From assembly GCA_021432655.1 (NCBI GenBank), contig MU271246.1, forward strand, positions 1 through 64,000: a stretch of DNA of 64,000 nucleotides, written 5' to 3'. Every line of letters starts with the position of its first letter. Position 1 is the first letter of the stretch. Made by a program: the position numbers and the translations under genes. Positions 1-13,919 of the stretch are shown one piece after another. A model generated the notes under the pieces. That model was given only the letters and a program-made list of their open reading frames with translations, searched no databases and was not told where the DNA came from. The stretch is from Atractiella rhizophila. Lineage: Eukaryota.

Positions 1-1748
1 TCGAGGACTTTAGATGCTTGGCCCCAAGGCACGTCCGCTATGTATTGGAATTTGTCATCGAAAGGAGAAACGATGAAAGAGTCATCGTATGTGAAAGGAC
101 CTTGAACGAGATCGAACCGGATCGATCCAGTATTGATGAGAATGATACGAGCCTTGTCCGCACGAGTGGCATTGACGACCGTGGCAGAGAGAGCTTTGGA
201 AAGGAGTGAGAAGATGTTGGCTGGATCGCCAAAGGGCTTGCAGGAGATGCAATACGTGGCTACTCAATACTTGAGCGATATCCCATGCGAAAAAAGAAGA
301 GACCTGCCTGGTGCGCAACCATAGACCGATGTCAACTTCAGCTCCGTCCTCGTCGCGTTGATCTCGTTAGTGATCGTCACGCCCTTCTTCGTGTCAAGCT
401 TGTTTTGGGAGCCCACAGCGTGATAAGCGAAAGTACGCCGGTTCCAATCGAGATACCTCCTAAAGTAGACAGGGCCCTGCAAGATAGACTTGTGCGACTT
501 CGTACTGTTAGAGCGAACGCTGATTGCAAGCTGAGTAGGATGAGGAACACCAGCTGGAAAAGGATTTCCGTGATAGGTGGACGATTTGATACCTGACATG
601 GAAAGCCAGCCTACCGTCTCGCAATACCTTCCAGACTCGAGACCAGTCGCCTGTTGATCCCAGACTCTGAAATCCTACCCTCCCGACCGTCAGATTCCTC
701 TTTGCGCTACGATTCAAAAGCGACTTGCCCTAATATGCGTGTGACCGCCGAAACCTTGGATTGGAACGTCAGGGCGTGCAGAACGGATGGCGTTGAACAC
801 GGTGTCCATGGAACTACTAGATACGTTGAAGGAGACAGGGTTGTGTCCGATGAGGACGAAGAGATCGATGGGCTGTTTGTAGTTCACAGCTGAAATGAAC
901 CAGTCTTGCTTCACCATCTCGGCGGCGGGGATGACTTTGGAAACGTTCGAATTGCCAGTGAAGTCGAAGAGAACGCCAAAGGCCATGATGCGCAATCCAT
1001 GGTCTAATGTGCATCCCGTTCAGTCAGAAACTGACACGATACAAGCTTGGAAACACACCTGTCTTGAAGTACCTGTATTGCTGGCCAATGTACTCGAAGT
1101 CGCCAGTGCTTGGATTGGCAATTTGGACGTTACTCGTTAGATATCGCTCCCCGTAGGCTTTGCTGAAATTCCTAAACGTCTCATATGCGACCTCAGTCAC
1201 GTAGAGTTCATGGTTTCCTATGGTTAAAAGGTCGTATTGGATGTTCTCAAAGATTGGTAGGGAAACGGCGCCATTGGGAGAAGTCGCGTCCGAAAGACCA
1301 GCGCCATCGTGCAGGTCGCCTAACTATCATCCTTCAGAGGATATTCTGGCTCAAGGGAAGTCCTGACCAGTGTCCACTAGGAGAAGGTCGACACCCAGCT
1401 TCTTCGCTTTGTCCTTCATGTGACTGGTGAAACTCGCGAAGTCCCCCCAGTCGGCACCATAGTTCTGTTCTCCAAGATGACCTTCGAGCCATCCGTGGGT
1501 ATCTGTGGTATGTAGAAAGTTGATCTGACCTGCAAGTTCCTCATCGGAAAATGCCACGGGAAGGAATGCGACTTGTACTCACCCCAAGCAAGCGGACCCC
1601 GAGGGCCAGTGGTAGCCCCCTGAGCATCTGGTTGCATACGGGGAACGATACGATTGTGGGCAAGAGGAGAGGATGGGCCATAGCAGTCGCTGCAAGCTCT
1701 GGCCAGCGAAACGAGGCTCAGCGCGCCGAGGGTGAGTGGCACAAGCAT
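1..1748 (-). CDS. Secreted 5'-nucleotidase-like calcineurin-type metallophosphoesterase (multi-exon; 3' end runs off window)
   Basis: Signal-peptide-like start [19 protein letters not shown]; exon [18 protein letters not shown]...DWGDF...LLLVDTG (D-x-H metal motif); later exons DLFVLIGH and [13 protein letters not shown] introns. Confidence 0.9.
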
Positions 1749-2169
1749 TTTGGGAGAACGAAAGTCTTGAAATGAAAGCAAATGCCCAATGGGCTTTAAC
1801 TTTGAAGACTGTGACGGCTATCGAGTCTAAATCTCAGGTCTCTACTTGTTTTATGGGCGGGTGGCACGTTGGAGCTTTGCCAATCAAATTATCATGGCCG
1901 TGCTGTCAACTGCTATTTTAAGGCTTCGGATGGAGGGTTGAAGCTAGGGAAATGGTTCGGCTTCCGAAAACACCATCCATTCAATGAAAGCAATCTCCAG
2001 GTTGCGGTATTTCTTCTAGCAAAATGAGAAACTTTGTAATTGTTGTCCATTTCCAACGTGCTTCTTTCTTATCCTTCGAGTCTGAAAACCACCTCAATTC
2101 AGTTGGACCTCAACACGATGGAGCACCTTTGACTGGCGGGATAGCTTTACCTGTGCTTACCCCAACAGG

Positions 2170-2451
2170 TCTCCATCGGTCACAGTCTACCATTCTTGAA
2201 CTTTCGGATCGCTAGACATGGCAGCGCCACGTCGGCATCCCAGTCCGTTCCGACGTATTTGAAGCTGGGGAAGAGGCGTTTCTAGGGCATCGAAAAGAAT
2301 GGAATCTTTGGTTCTTTGTCAGCAAAGAATATTGGATCTAAGACCGCCGGTCAAACTGCAGCATGGCACTTGTAGTCTCCACTTTGCCTTCCTTCGGATA
2401 GATCCATTGAACAACGCGCTTTGATTCACCTGTCGTCTTTGGTGAGCCCAT
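2170..2451 (-). pseudogene. Decayed copy of the L-rhamnose mutarotase-like gene at 57821-58260
   Basis: MGSPKTTGESKRVVQWIYPK matches MGSPKSTGEPKRIAQWIHLK of the intact gene; shared cagcttcaaatacgtcggaacggactggga; frameshifts, deletions, TGG->TGA and TGG->TAG stops. Confidence 0.9.
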
Positions 2452-3022
2452 GGCTGCAACATTTCGTGGCTGAGGAAACTCCGCATGCTCGGTACACTGC
2501 AGACTTGACGAGAAGGGATCACACGAAGATTTGAGATAGCGGAACACCTGCTCTCAAGTGTACCCTCACACGGTCATAATCGATTCGATGTTGATAACTG
2601 ATGGCATATTGCGAGATCTCACAACGCTGGAGGTGTCTTCCTTCTCAATTCACTCTGTGCTGTTTGATTACTGTAAGGAATAACTACCTGCGATGTGTAA
2701 TATGGTGAAATCTGGTGAAATCTCTGCCAATAAATCCTTCCACTGACTCTTTCCGCACACTGTCCAGAATCCGGATTGACCACTTGATTATCGGAACCGT
2801 GGATTCTGACTACCACACAATAATAGAATCGGATGGATCTGGATGGCTGTGCTATGACATGATAATATTTCAAGCTTCAGGATAGACATGTACTATACAA
2901 ATACGCGCTAGCAGCATTGTGACACAGATGAAAGGCGAAATTTGAAAACAAGAAACAAATTGCTTGCACATGCAGGTGTGTCTTATATATCCAAACGAAA
3001 GACGAGTGTTCGACGATACCTT

Positions 3023-5252
3023 TTACGTCTCGACTGTTGGTGACACAATTTCCGGCTCCTCAGTTGTTGCGTCCTTGTCGGCGATTGGCTCCCTTGGTGG
3101 CCGTGCTACGTTCGTTGCTTCCCTAGCCTTGATGTTGAAGGGGTTGACAGCACGATACTCTTCCTTCTTTCGCTTGATCTCACGATCCTTGAGCGCGATA
3201 GCTTTTCTTACCTCCGCAGTTTGAGGGACGATCCTCCTCAGGGCTGCCTTCTCGTGCGACAAAGCTAACCCGCAAGTAAACATCAACGATGCAAGGGCAA
3301 GAACAAGGACGACAGACCTCTAACCTCCTTTCCCAACTTCCACTGAACCGTCGACTCTTTCAATTCCTTCTGCTTCTGTTTTTCCCTTTTCTTTTCCTCT
3401 TGTTGCTCCTTAGCTAGTTCAGGCTCAGATTTGCACAAGTTGACCTTCTCTTCTCGCGCTTTCTGTTGGCTGTCTAGTTCCTGCCTCCAAGCCCGCGTGG
3501 CCAGCTGATTTGGGTGTCCTTGGGGTAGAGGTGGATTGACAAAACCCAGGAGCGGTGGGGAGCGGTCGATATTTTGACATGAGATTGGAGGAAGCTGCAA
3601 AACGCGAGATAGAGGCTTGAGGGACATTTTTTGGGCATCTGTGGCTGCCATCCCATTGGAGCACGATGAGTATCCAATTTTGACATGCAGCGTAGTTGGG
3701 AAAGAATGGGAAGGTTCGAGTTCGTCTGTCAAGGGGCGATCTGGTAAATGTGAGGTAAGGTTATTTTCTGAGTTCGCAGCTGGGGAAGAAGTAATTGGAA
3801 CCGAGGAGGCCAGAGGTTGAGTCGGAGAACGTAGGTGAACAGGAGCAGAGAAAGCGAAATGTGGTATCTGGATCGTTTGACGAGAGGAGAGGAGTGGTCT
3901 GACATTGCCTTCGTTTGGATCTGAGTTAGCTGTCACGAAAATTGACTCTGTGTTCATTTGCGACGTCGCATCCAATGTCGATTGCAACGATGCAACAAGT
4001 GGTCTTCTGAAAGTTAGACCCGAAGAGGGTTGAGCCTCCACTGCTTGTACAGGCGGGACGAACCCAAGGTCTGCTGGTCGACTGGTTGGCGCGAGACAGT
4101 AAGGTCTGAATGTGAGTCTAGAGGATAAAGGAGGATGTTGGACGAATGAGTCCAAACTTGTCCGTTCACCTTTCACGCTGCTTTGGGGGTATCTAAGACC
4201 TGTCGAACTTCCTTCTGCTGGAACTGAATGTGCAGCAAGCTCCATTCGCTGAACATGTTCCCGGGACTTGCGTTGAACTTTTTTCGGAACAGGTTCTCGC
4301 CCAGATGTCAAGGAGGAGGGCAACGTCTCTGGTGGGAATGAAGCTACAAAGGATGTGTCCTGAGACGGTGATGATGTCGCTGGGGAGGTATCCGAGGCTA
4401 AAGATATGGACGATTGTCTCGACTGCGGTAGCTGGAAAGATAAGAAAGGACGCTCCGAGTTCGCCGCTGGAGAAAAGGACGACGAGTGTGCGATCGAAGG
4501 ATGGCTATCTCTAGGCGTAGAGCGCGTGAGAATAGCTGAGGTGGAACACATCTGCCCCTCCGCAAAAATGGAGAGATTTCTTTGTTTTTGAAGAGAGGTT
4601 GGCTTATTTGAGGTGGCCATTGGAAAATGAGACGTGGATGAAGTTACATTTAGAGCACGCCTGCTTATTCCTCTATTTCCTTCACCTGAAGTGGGAAACC
4701 CGAAGGCTTGTGCGTAACCTCGTTTGCGTAGCTGAGACCTAGTATTTGGGTAGATCGCAGGAAAAGGGAGTTGCAGGACATCATCGTACGATGTTGTGCG
4801 GGTCATCTCTTGTTTCGCATCCCAAGACGCGACGAGTGGCGTATTGACATGAAAAGAGCTCGAAGAAAGGCAAGAGTGGTGTTCCTTGTTCTTCAGTACC
4901 TCTCCTTGGGGTAGCAGAACAGCAGGAGAGGAATATGAATATTCTGGAGCACTTGATGGGAAAGAGGCAGGAACACAGAAGGAAGAGGAGGAGATGGGAG
5001 AGGTACGCGATCGAATTGGCGGCGATGTCTCCCCACTCAATGCAGAAGGCGAAAGCTTTACAGAAACTGAGTTTATCTCTGCGAACGAGGATCTAGAAGA
5101 TTGTCTTGAGGAGGCTACGCATTCTAGGTCCCGTCCTGTGGATCTCGACCTGCTTCTGTTTTCGTCAAACAAATTGTCTCGTAGCTCAAAGAAATAGCCC
5201 ACTTATTTGGCTCTAGACAGATCTCCTTTGCTCCTTGAGATTCTCTAGACAT
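3023..5252 (-). CDS. Hypothetical Ser/Pro-rich protein with charged, coiled-coil-like C-terminus
   Basis: 639-codon ORF 3283-5202 plus terminal exon near 3023-3270; plausible ATG at 5252 followed by a gtgggc...aaacag intron; no recognisable domain. Confidence 0.65.
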
Positions 5253-5705
5253 GTGCACGAGCATTGCTGTAGCTGTTGTCAGGACATTTTGCTGGAAAGC
5301 AGCAATTTGATCTGGTGGAATTTGAAGCTCGTTGTCGGATGAATCAGAGTCGGATTGAAGGTGGGAAGAGCCTAGTATGCCAGGGGTAATTATTCATAGG
5401 TAACGCTATAAAGGGCGAGAACATTAATGACGAGAGGGTCTGTACTGGGTCTGTACCCTGTACCCAAAAAAAATATGGGATAACGACGAACAAAGGCTGA
5501 TAACCAAGATTAGGTTTGCAATCCGTAAGCCTTCGCTTTTTTTATCAATCGCCAATCGCTTGCTGAGGAACCATAGCACCGACGCTTGCTTGCAAGGAAA
5601 AGCACTTGCACACATCTATACGTATACTACAAAACAGCCTAATTTATCAAAGCGAAGCTCCTATAATCAAAATCTTCACTTCAACTTCATCTCGAATCTG
5701 TGCTT

Positions 5706-6692
5706 TTACCACGGCAGTCCCGGCAGATCAATAGCGAATAGGTTGTCTGTTGCCTCCGGTAAAAGATTGTCAATGATGGCAAGTTGCTTCTCAACACTTT
5801 CATGGGGATAAAGAGGTGGGGCATCCGTTCCCGCCATATCTGTCTTGACAAAGCCCTGCGACGGTTGTAAGTGAATCTGCGAGGCGGAAGGACAGAAAAC
5901 GTACAGGATGAAGCGAAATAATCGAGAATCCCTCCTTTTTGTATTCCATATCCATCTTTCTCATCGCCATGTGCAATGCTATGAGAAATTTAGCCCAAGT
6001 TCTTTTAGCTTTGAGCAAGTGCAACTTACCCGCTTTTGAGATCGAATAGTCCCCTGTAGTTCCTACTCCGTTGCCGAAATCTTTCGTCGCGACAAGCTTG
6101 AGCGATCCGAGAGTACTGCCTGATGAGATGACCTTCTTCTCCGTTCCTCTCCTGAGGAGCGGAACGAATGCTTTCGTCGTCATTATAGGCCCACTGCTTC
6201 TCTATTAGAAGTGTATTGATGCGGACAGACAAAGCTCACAGGACGTTAACTCGTACTGCTTCCATGATGTTTTCCATTTTGATGGTGCTGAAGGGGTCAG
6301 CATTCCCGACTCCGCTGGGGGCAACTCCTGCACTGCAGAATGGTGTCAGTTCCATTCTGAACGCTGGATTAAAGTCTCTCACTTGTTGATTAATACATCG
6401 ACGTGATCGGTATTTCTCTCAACTTCCCGCACTGCTTCCTACTCAGAGTTGTCAGCGCATAGGTTCTGTTCATTTCACCGTGACCTGCACGTACAAAAAT
6501 ATCTTCTTCTTGCGCAACGTCTGCCTTGACAATGAAAACCTGTCCTTTCTTCTCGCTTTCAAGTTCGAGAAGCCTCTGTGACGTCTTTCGAACGATGGCG
6601 AATACCTTGTTGGAAGGGTTGGAAGAGAGGAGTTCGATCCATGCGAGGCCTAGACCTTTGGCTGCTCCAGTAACCACGAAAACTCGAACCAT
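5706..6692 (-). CDS. Short-chain dehydrogenase/reductase (CsgA/C-factor-like)
   Basis: MVRVFVVTGAAKGLG (TGxxxGxG), YSISKA (YxxxK), SLHPG, ends DLPGLPW*. Confidence 0.92.
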
Positions 6693-8628
6693 TGTGTTTT
6701 GCGGCTCGTTTCTAATTTCTATGCTTTGATGTTTGATGGAGGGGCTTCGAGCTCAGCTGCGCCATTTATATGTGTGCTCACGGCAAGCTGAGCAACAGTC
6801 CGCGGAAGCTCATCGAAGGTATCGCTGACGGTGCTGACAACTCTCTGTTGTAGAACACAGACCTATCATGATGCATCAGCAACAACAACGGGACGAGGAA
6901 CGAAGGGAGGTAGCTGCTAGAAAGCTATCCAGTCGTGCAATTCATTCTCTTTCCAGTAACCGGGTAATATCAATTCATTTGCTGACCGGAAACCAACCCG
7001 ATTCCGACAACCGCTTCCCGCGCTTTTCTTCCGAGCCAGAGCTGGGTGCCATCACTTCGCAAAGGTCTAGCGGGGTGCATGGAGTTCCCATCTGCCAGTC
7101 CATCTGCTCCTGGGGCAGTTATTCTTTCGCCACTCGCTTTTCGCGGGGATATTGGACCTCAGACGCGAAAACATGCAAGAGTGATCCAGCCACCGGACTA
7201 CCAAAGGTAGATGCTTAGAGAGAGAGAGCCAAAACGAAGCAGAGCAGCCTGCCCAAGGCGAGAGTGCACCATCCATGATATCCACTCCAGACAAAACGTT
7301 ATGGCTGTGGAGCACATCTTTCCTGAAGCTCGCCGAGACACAGAAACAGACGCATAACGCGATTTACGAAAACGCAAGGTCTGCAAAAGGGGTACAATTA
7401 ATTGCAGGTAAACAAAAATTCGAAGGTTGAAGACGTCTTAATGTTGTAAACTGCAGGTAATGTCAATGTTGTCTCATACATTGCAATGACTGCATTCACA
7501 GATCCAATAAACAGAAAAGTAAACTCATAAGCCAGCATTCGGCCAAATAAGGAGTCTTCATTTATCACTTCATCTCTCTAGGGCTCACCCACAAGCTGGG
7601 ACTACCTGATACAATATTCGTGCCTAATACATATTCCACGTATTGCTCCACCCTAAGCTATCACTTAAATTCTGAGGCAATAAGCGCTAATAAGCGCCTG
7701 TTCTAAGAGAGAGGGGACTTGCATCGAAAGTGGTTTGGGGTTCTAGCATCTGGTTCTCCACACATCCATATATAGTCAGAAGCTGTTAGGAACATCGTTC
7801 TCTTTCGCCAAAATTCATCTGAAGGGAAAACTCAGAGAGAACGTTGAGGACAGCATCACTACCTTGACCAGCACCTTCAAACCATTAATTCTCCACCGTC
7901 CTCCATCCATTCCACTCCACGAACACGCAACTCATGTGCCAATCTCGGACATCTCTTCGCGCGCTCATCTATCTCCACTCGTTCCTGCCTGTCCAACCAA
8001 CAACGCGCCAACGGCTAGCCTGTGGCAGAGCCTGTGGAAACATTCAAGTGTTGGCATCTGTCTGTGTACCAACTGTGACCGTTTGAAAATGCGTCATAAA
8101 GCCGTCGGGAGAGAAATCCGATGGAGAATGATGTTGACTTCACTTCAAAAGGACTCAGCTGGCGAAGCGACTCGGCCCTTTCTCCTCTCCCAACCACCAT
8201 CAAATCGTCGGTCTGATAAAAGGGTGATACTCCAGCGTACCCTCACGCCGGGCTCAAAAGGTGGGTTTCTTCCCTCTCCAATTGAATCTGGAGCAGGAGT
8301 ACCGAGTTTCATGGGAAACAGGTGCTGCAGTATTTTAAAAGGACTCCACAACTGATAACAGTCGCAACAGGGCGATACCTTGGGACTGGGGACCCTGATT
8401 TTCTGGTGAGTTTCGGCATCGCTGGTTCTTCGGCATCGCTGACATGATTCGGTTCTTTCGGGTGTTTGCTTTTCTCCATTACTTGCGACCTTAGAAACGA
8501 GAGCAAGGACTCAAGATATCCCAGTCGGAAGTCGGAAAAGTGCATATTCAATTCATTGATATCTATAAAATGTTCGCCTTTTCCTATTTTTCTCAAAAAT
8601 TCTTCGCTCACATCCATCTTCCCCCAAG

Positions 8629-10078
8629 ATGGATCCCCTCCTCTCTTCCCATCACCTGGCGCGGGCTATTCACCTCATCGCACGTCAAACTTCTGGCTCG
8701 ACAGTTCCAGGGACGAACTTGACGGTAGAACAATACTGCAACTTAGTGGATGCCACCTCTCCCAAGCCTTATGATTTGCCAGGCTATGATCCCGCCAGGG
8801 ACTTGTGTAATCCCTACCGATATATCCCAAGCGAAGCTTGGGGATGGATTAGTGTTGCTCTTTTGTGCGTTTTTCTCTGCTCTCTCACTTGACTTCTAGT
8901 TTCTTTGTGACGCATTTGTTCTTGATGACAGTGGCATAACGACCATTCTGCATCTGTACCAAACCATCGCGTCCCGACGTTGGTGGCTATTCAATTGGGT
9001 AGCTGGTGGCTTCTTGGAAACTCTCGGATGGGTAGGACGAGGAATTGGACATTCTGATCCATATTCGAGGAACGCGTTTATCATCCAAATCTGCTGTCTC
9101 GTTATTGCACCGGCTTTCTTTTCGTTCGTGTTCCTCGTCTCCATGTCGAGAGGAAGAGAGATGGTCTGACTTCAATTGTTGACAGCGCGGCGATTTACGG
9201 ACTTCTTGGATGGGCTATTACCGCTCTTTCCCCCCGCCATTCCTTGATCAAACCACATAGATATTGGATGGTCTTTGTACGTTTCTTCTTCCTTTCGTTT
9301 CGTCCTTTACGCTGATGTCTGTGTATTCTGCCTGCAGATTTCAGGAGACATAGCTTCACTTGTCATTCAAGGTATTGGAGGAGGCGTTGCGAGCGCAGGA
9401 AGCAACCAGAACGACCCAAAGAAGCTGAAGACTGGTAGCAACATTATGGTTCGTCCCTAATTTCCCTTGAGGTCTTACGACTCTGACGAACATCGGTTTC
9501 TCTTTACCACCATAGCTAGCTGGAATTATCATTCAGTTGGCTGTCATGATTATATTCTGTGGCTTCGCGTTGCATTTCTGGTACGGATTCAAGCGATCAA
9601 ACCTGCGCCAATACGTGAAGGGGACAAGGGGACTGGAGAAGATTCATTATCTCGGTTATGGCTTGGTGGTCGGGAGTGCAGTGATCATCCTTCGAGGTAT
9701 CTACAGAGTGGTTGAATTGGCGGAGGGGTGGAGGGGGCATTTGAGTGCGTTTGCCTTTCCTTGTATTTCAACTGGCGGACGGAGCGCTGATGCGTACCTG
9801 GATCGCTAGTGCTCCACGAATTTTTCTTCCTCCTGGACATGTTGCCCTGCATTATCTGTCTTCTGACTTTCAACATCGTCGCACCTCTCTACACCCTCCC
9901 ACGCGGTTACCCAACCGCTAATGACCTCGCACAACAGGCTGGAGAACCGCTTCCATATCCCCCAAAGGAGGAAGATGGCGAGATGAAAAGGGACAGTGGG
10001 AGTGATCAGGGTACGAGAGTCGGTGGAACGGACGACTGGAAGGATGACAAGGGACATAAAGAGAAGGAGAGCGAGTGA
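8629..10078 (+). CDS. RTA1-family lipid-translocating exporter-like membrane protein (paralogue 1)
   Basis: NPYRYIPS, GFLETLGWVGR, IQICCLVIAPAFF, GDIASLVIQGIGGG, IILRGIYRVVELAEGW, HEFFFLLDMLP. Confidence 0.92.
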
Positions 10079-10587
10079 AAAGTGCTGGCAAATTCGCTAT
10101 GTTGAGATTCTTCTGCATTAGATTGAACATGTACAATGCCCACTGTACGGCTCAAGGAGTCCCTAGCGTAACTAGAAGCCACAGAGTTCTGATCTCAATG
10201 GTGCGAAATGCTTGTTAATTACGATAGACCTTCCGGTCACCTGTTGTGAACTTCCCGTCTACCTCCCTATCAGCGGACGCGCTTTTGCATCACCGGAGGT
10301 TGAAAGTAGGCTCTGCCTGGTTCTGTGACGATCTGAGATGGATATTAGAGTTTGCTGCGCGGAAACACTGTCCAGGATCCGGTCGTCTGACAGTTAACCT
10401 TAATTTTGGCCTCTGTTGGCGGAACGTGCTCTAGGATTTCAGCACAAACAGGGAGCATGCGTCGCCAGAACGCTTTGGTGCAATTATAGCATCTAGGTCC
10501 TATATCAATGGAAGCCAAGCGATTTTCGTGATGCTCATGATAACGCGTAGTCTTGCACCTCAGCTACTTAGCGTCTTCACTGACTGA

Positions 10588-12525
10588 GTGTTGGTAGCAT
10601 CCTCCTTTACTCTCTTTGTCGGACTTTCTCTTCTACTAGCAATCTACATGCGATCCACAATCCTCTCTTCTATCTCCTACCCTCTGCTCTTCCTTCATCG
10701 CGACAATTCAGCTTCCGCTTCGTACATCCCGCCTAAAGCCTTGTCAGCTGCTCAACAAGACACTGTGCTTGCAAACAAAGATGGAGTCTATAGCTCTTCT
10801 ACGACTCCTGCACACCTTCCTTGGGTAAGGCCATATTTATCCTGCACCTTCTTATGAACGCCCTGCAGAACACATACAATTACTGCAATGCTCCGCATAT
10901 CAATCCGTCCCACTATGCTCTTCCCAGTCCTGTCGGCGAGTCCACTTCCAAGCCAAAGCTGCTGCACGTAACGATTTTCATGCGCCATCACAAGCGGACA
11001 CCTGACAACCTATACCCTTCCGAGAATGCTCTCAATGCACAGGAGTGGGACTGCTCTTCCTTCCACCAGTTCAACTATGGAGCGATTGAAGGGGTGGCGC
11101 AAGGGAGGACAGTATGGCATGAGACGAGTACCCCGGATTGGCACCCGTTTATAAGTTCAGTATGGAACGGAAGTTGCGCTCCTGGTTAGTTACATTCGCT
11201 TTATCAATGGATTAAACTGATCAAAGCTGTGTGGGTAGGACAATTAACGCAGGGCGGCTTTGAGGATGCGATGTCTCATGGTCGGGTGTGTTTTCTTTCG
11301 TTGTGGACGAAGAGAGCTGATTCTCTGCTGGCTCTGAAGGATCTTTACTCGGTTTATGGTCCGGACAAGCTAGGGCTCCTTTCTTCTTCACCAAATGAAG
11401 AAGAGGTCTACTTGCGCACTTCCAATTCTGACCGCACATTCCAGGTCAGCCTATCTCGCCCATTTGCCTTCCGTCCTGAACACTTCTTTACTCAATGCAC
11501 CCCTAGGTAGCATCAGCGCTCCTCCGCGCATTTTCTCCGTCTCCAAACAGAAACGAACTTAGGTGGCGAGCACATACCCAGTCATCCAACATCGACTCTT
11601 TAGTACCCTCCTACCCGTGTCCGAGAGCGGATTCGTTGCGCGGAGAGATAAACAGCTCACCCACCTTTCAGGAGCATTTGAAGAACAACTCGGCTGTTGC
11701 AGAGAGACTAGGCAACTTGTTGGGGACGCGAGGGATGACGGGTTGGGAGAATTGGTGTGCGTCTCTGATTTTACTTAAACTCTGACTTATGAAGAACAAA
11801 CACAGTCGATAAATACTTTGATAGTTTTACTTCAAGGACCTGTGCTAATGTGAAGCTACCTTGTAACACGACTAGGGGGGAATGCGTGAGTGAGGGCGAC
11901 GCGAGAAGGGTGTTCCAAGCCGGAGACTGGGAATATAAGTGGGTAACATCCCCTATTTTCATTTTTCATGTTGAAAGAATGGTCGCCTGAATTTTCTGGC
12001 AATAGTTATATATGGAACGAAGCGGCAGGAGCGAAAGAGTATTCAAAACTGGGATTTAGTATGTCCTTTTCCCACGCCCCTTCCAAAGCTGATCGCAAGA
12101 AGGTGTCATGTTCCAAGAGCTCGTACTGCTGTTCCAATCCATCACAAGAGGCGAGGAGTCCCATAAACTTCGCCTTTACGTACGTATATTGGATTAGGCG
12201 AGTTCGCCGTGCTAGTGCTGAGCGTCATGCAGATTGGACACGACGGATCCATGATCCGCCTGCTTTCAGTACTGGACTTTCCCTCTCCCATTCGTTGGCC
12301 AGCGTTAGGGAGCGAAGTGGCGATGGAAGTAATCTTCTCAAATTACCCAAGTTGATGAGGAGGCTGATGCTTTCGTAGGTTTGGGTGTATGGAGGGAAGA
12401 AGTTCGTGCGCGTCCTTTTCAACGGGGAAGTTGTGAAAGGATTCGAGTGGATGAATCTGGAAGAGTGGATTGGACGCCTGGAAGGAGGTGTGGTAGATGG
12501 GCTGAGCAAGGTCTGTTATGAGTAA
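10588..12525 (+). CDS. Histidine acid phosphatase family protein (start may be ATG 10647)
   Basis: Hydrophobic N-terminus; catalytic MRHHKRTP (RHxxRxP) and IGHDGSM (HD) motifs; stop TAA 12523-12525. Confidence 0.88.
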
Positions 12526-12531
12526 TGGTTA

Positions 12532-13728
12532 GAAGGATCTCTACTCGGTTTATGGTCCGGACAAGCTAGGGCTCCTTTCTTCTTCACCAAACGAAGAAGA
12601 GGTCTACTTGCGCACTTCCAATTCTGACCGCACATTCCAGGTTAGTCTGTCTTTCCCACTCGCCTCTCCCTCCAGAATACTTCCTTGCTCAATTCACCCC
12701 CAGGTAGCATCAGCGCTCCTCCGCGCATTCTCTCCCTCTCCCAACACAAACGGACCAAGGTGGCGAGCACATACTCAGCCATCCAACATCGACTCTTTAG
12801 TACCCTCCTACCCGTGTTCGAGAGCGGATTCGTTGCGCGGAGAGATAAACAGCTCACCCACCTTTCAGGAACATTTGAAGAACAACTCGGCTGTTGCAGA
12901 GAGACTAGGCAACTTGTTAGGGACGCGAGGGATGACGGGTTGGGAGAATTGGTGTGCGTCTCTGATTTTACTTGAACTCTGACTTATGAAGGACAAACAC
13001 AGTCGATAAATACTTTGATAGTTTTACTTCAAGGACCTGTGCTGGTGTGAAGCTACCTTGTAACACGACTAGGGGGGAATGCGTAAGTGAGGGCGACGCG
13101 AGAACGGTGTTCCAAGCCGGAGACTGGGAATATAAGTGGGTCACATCCCCTATTTTCATTTTTCATGTTGAAAGAATGGTCGCCTGAATTATCTGGCAAT
13201 AGTTATATATGGAACGAAGCGGCACGAGCGAAAGAGTATTCAAAACTGGGATTTAGTACGTCCTTTTCCCACGCCCCTTCCGAAGCTGATCGCAAGAAGG
13301 TGTCATGTTCCAAGAGCTCGTACTGCTGTTCCAATCCATCAAAAGAGGCGAGGAGTCCCATAAACTTCGCCTTTACGTACGTATTATTGGATTAGGCGAG
13401 TTCGCCATGCTAGTGCTGAGCGTCATGCAGATTGGACACGACGGATCCATGATCCGCCTGCTTTCAGTACTGGACTTTCCCTCTCCCATTCGTTGGCCAG
13501 CGTTAGGGAGCGAAGTGGCGATGGAAGTAATCTTCTCAAATTACCCAAGTTGATGAGGAGGCTGATACTTTCGCAGGTGTGGGTGCATGGAGGGAAGAAG
13601 TTCGTGCGCGTCCTTTGCAACGGGGAAGTTGTGAAAGGATTCGAGTGGATGAATCTGGAACAGTGGATTGGACGCCTGGAAAGAGGTGTGGTAGATGGAC
13701 TGAGCAAGGTCTGTTATGAGTAATGGTT
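12532..13728 (+). repeat. Tandem duplicate of the 3' part (11336-12530) of the phosphatase gene; lacks the RHxxRxP exon
   Basis: Near-identical ~1.2-kb direct repeat starting gaaggatct, with scattered substitutions and a more diverged first intron. Confidence 0.95.
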
Positions 13729-13919
13729 CAATTGCGTCTTGGTATGAAGGATCTATCCATCTGGCAAATCTGCTTGGTAGGAGTGATCAACCTGAACAAA
13801 AATTTACCCTTGGCCCTGTCAATCAAACAAGGAGTGCAAGCGACTTCAAACCAATCATTATTTGTCAAACTGGATGTTGCCAAAAGTGTATGATTTGCGC
13901 ACAGTTGGAAGTAATCACA

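Noticed and set aside
7000..8620. Short overlapping ORFs upstream of RTA1 paralogue 1
   Set aside because: No motifs or convincing splice structure
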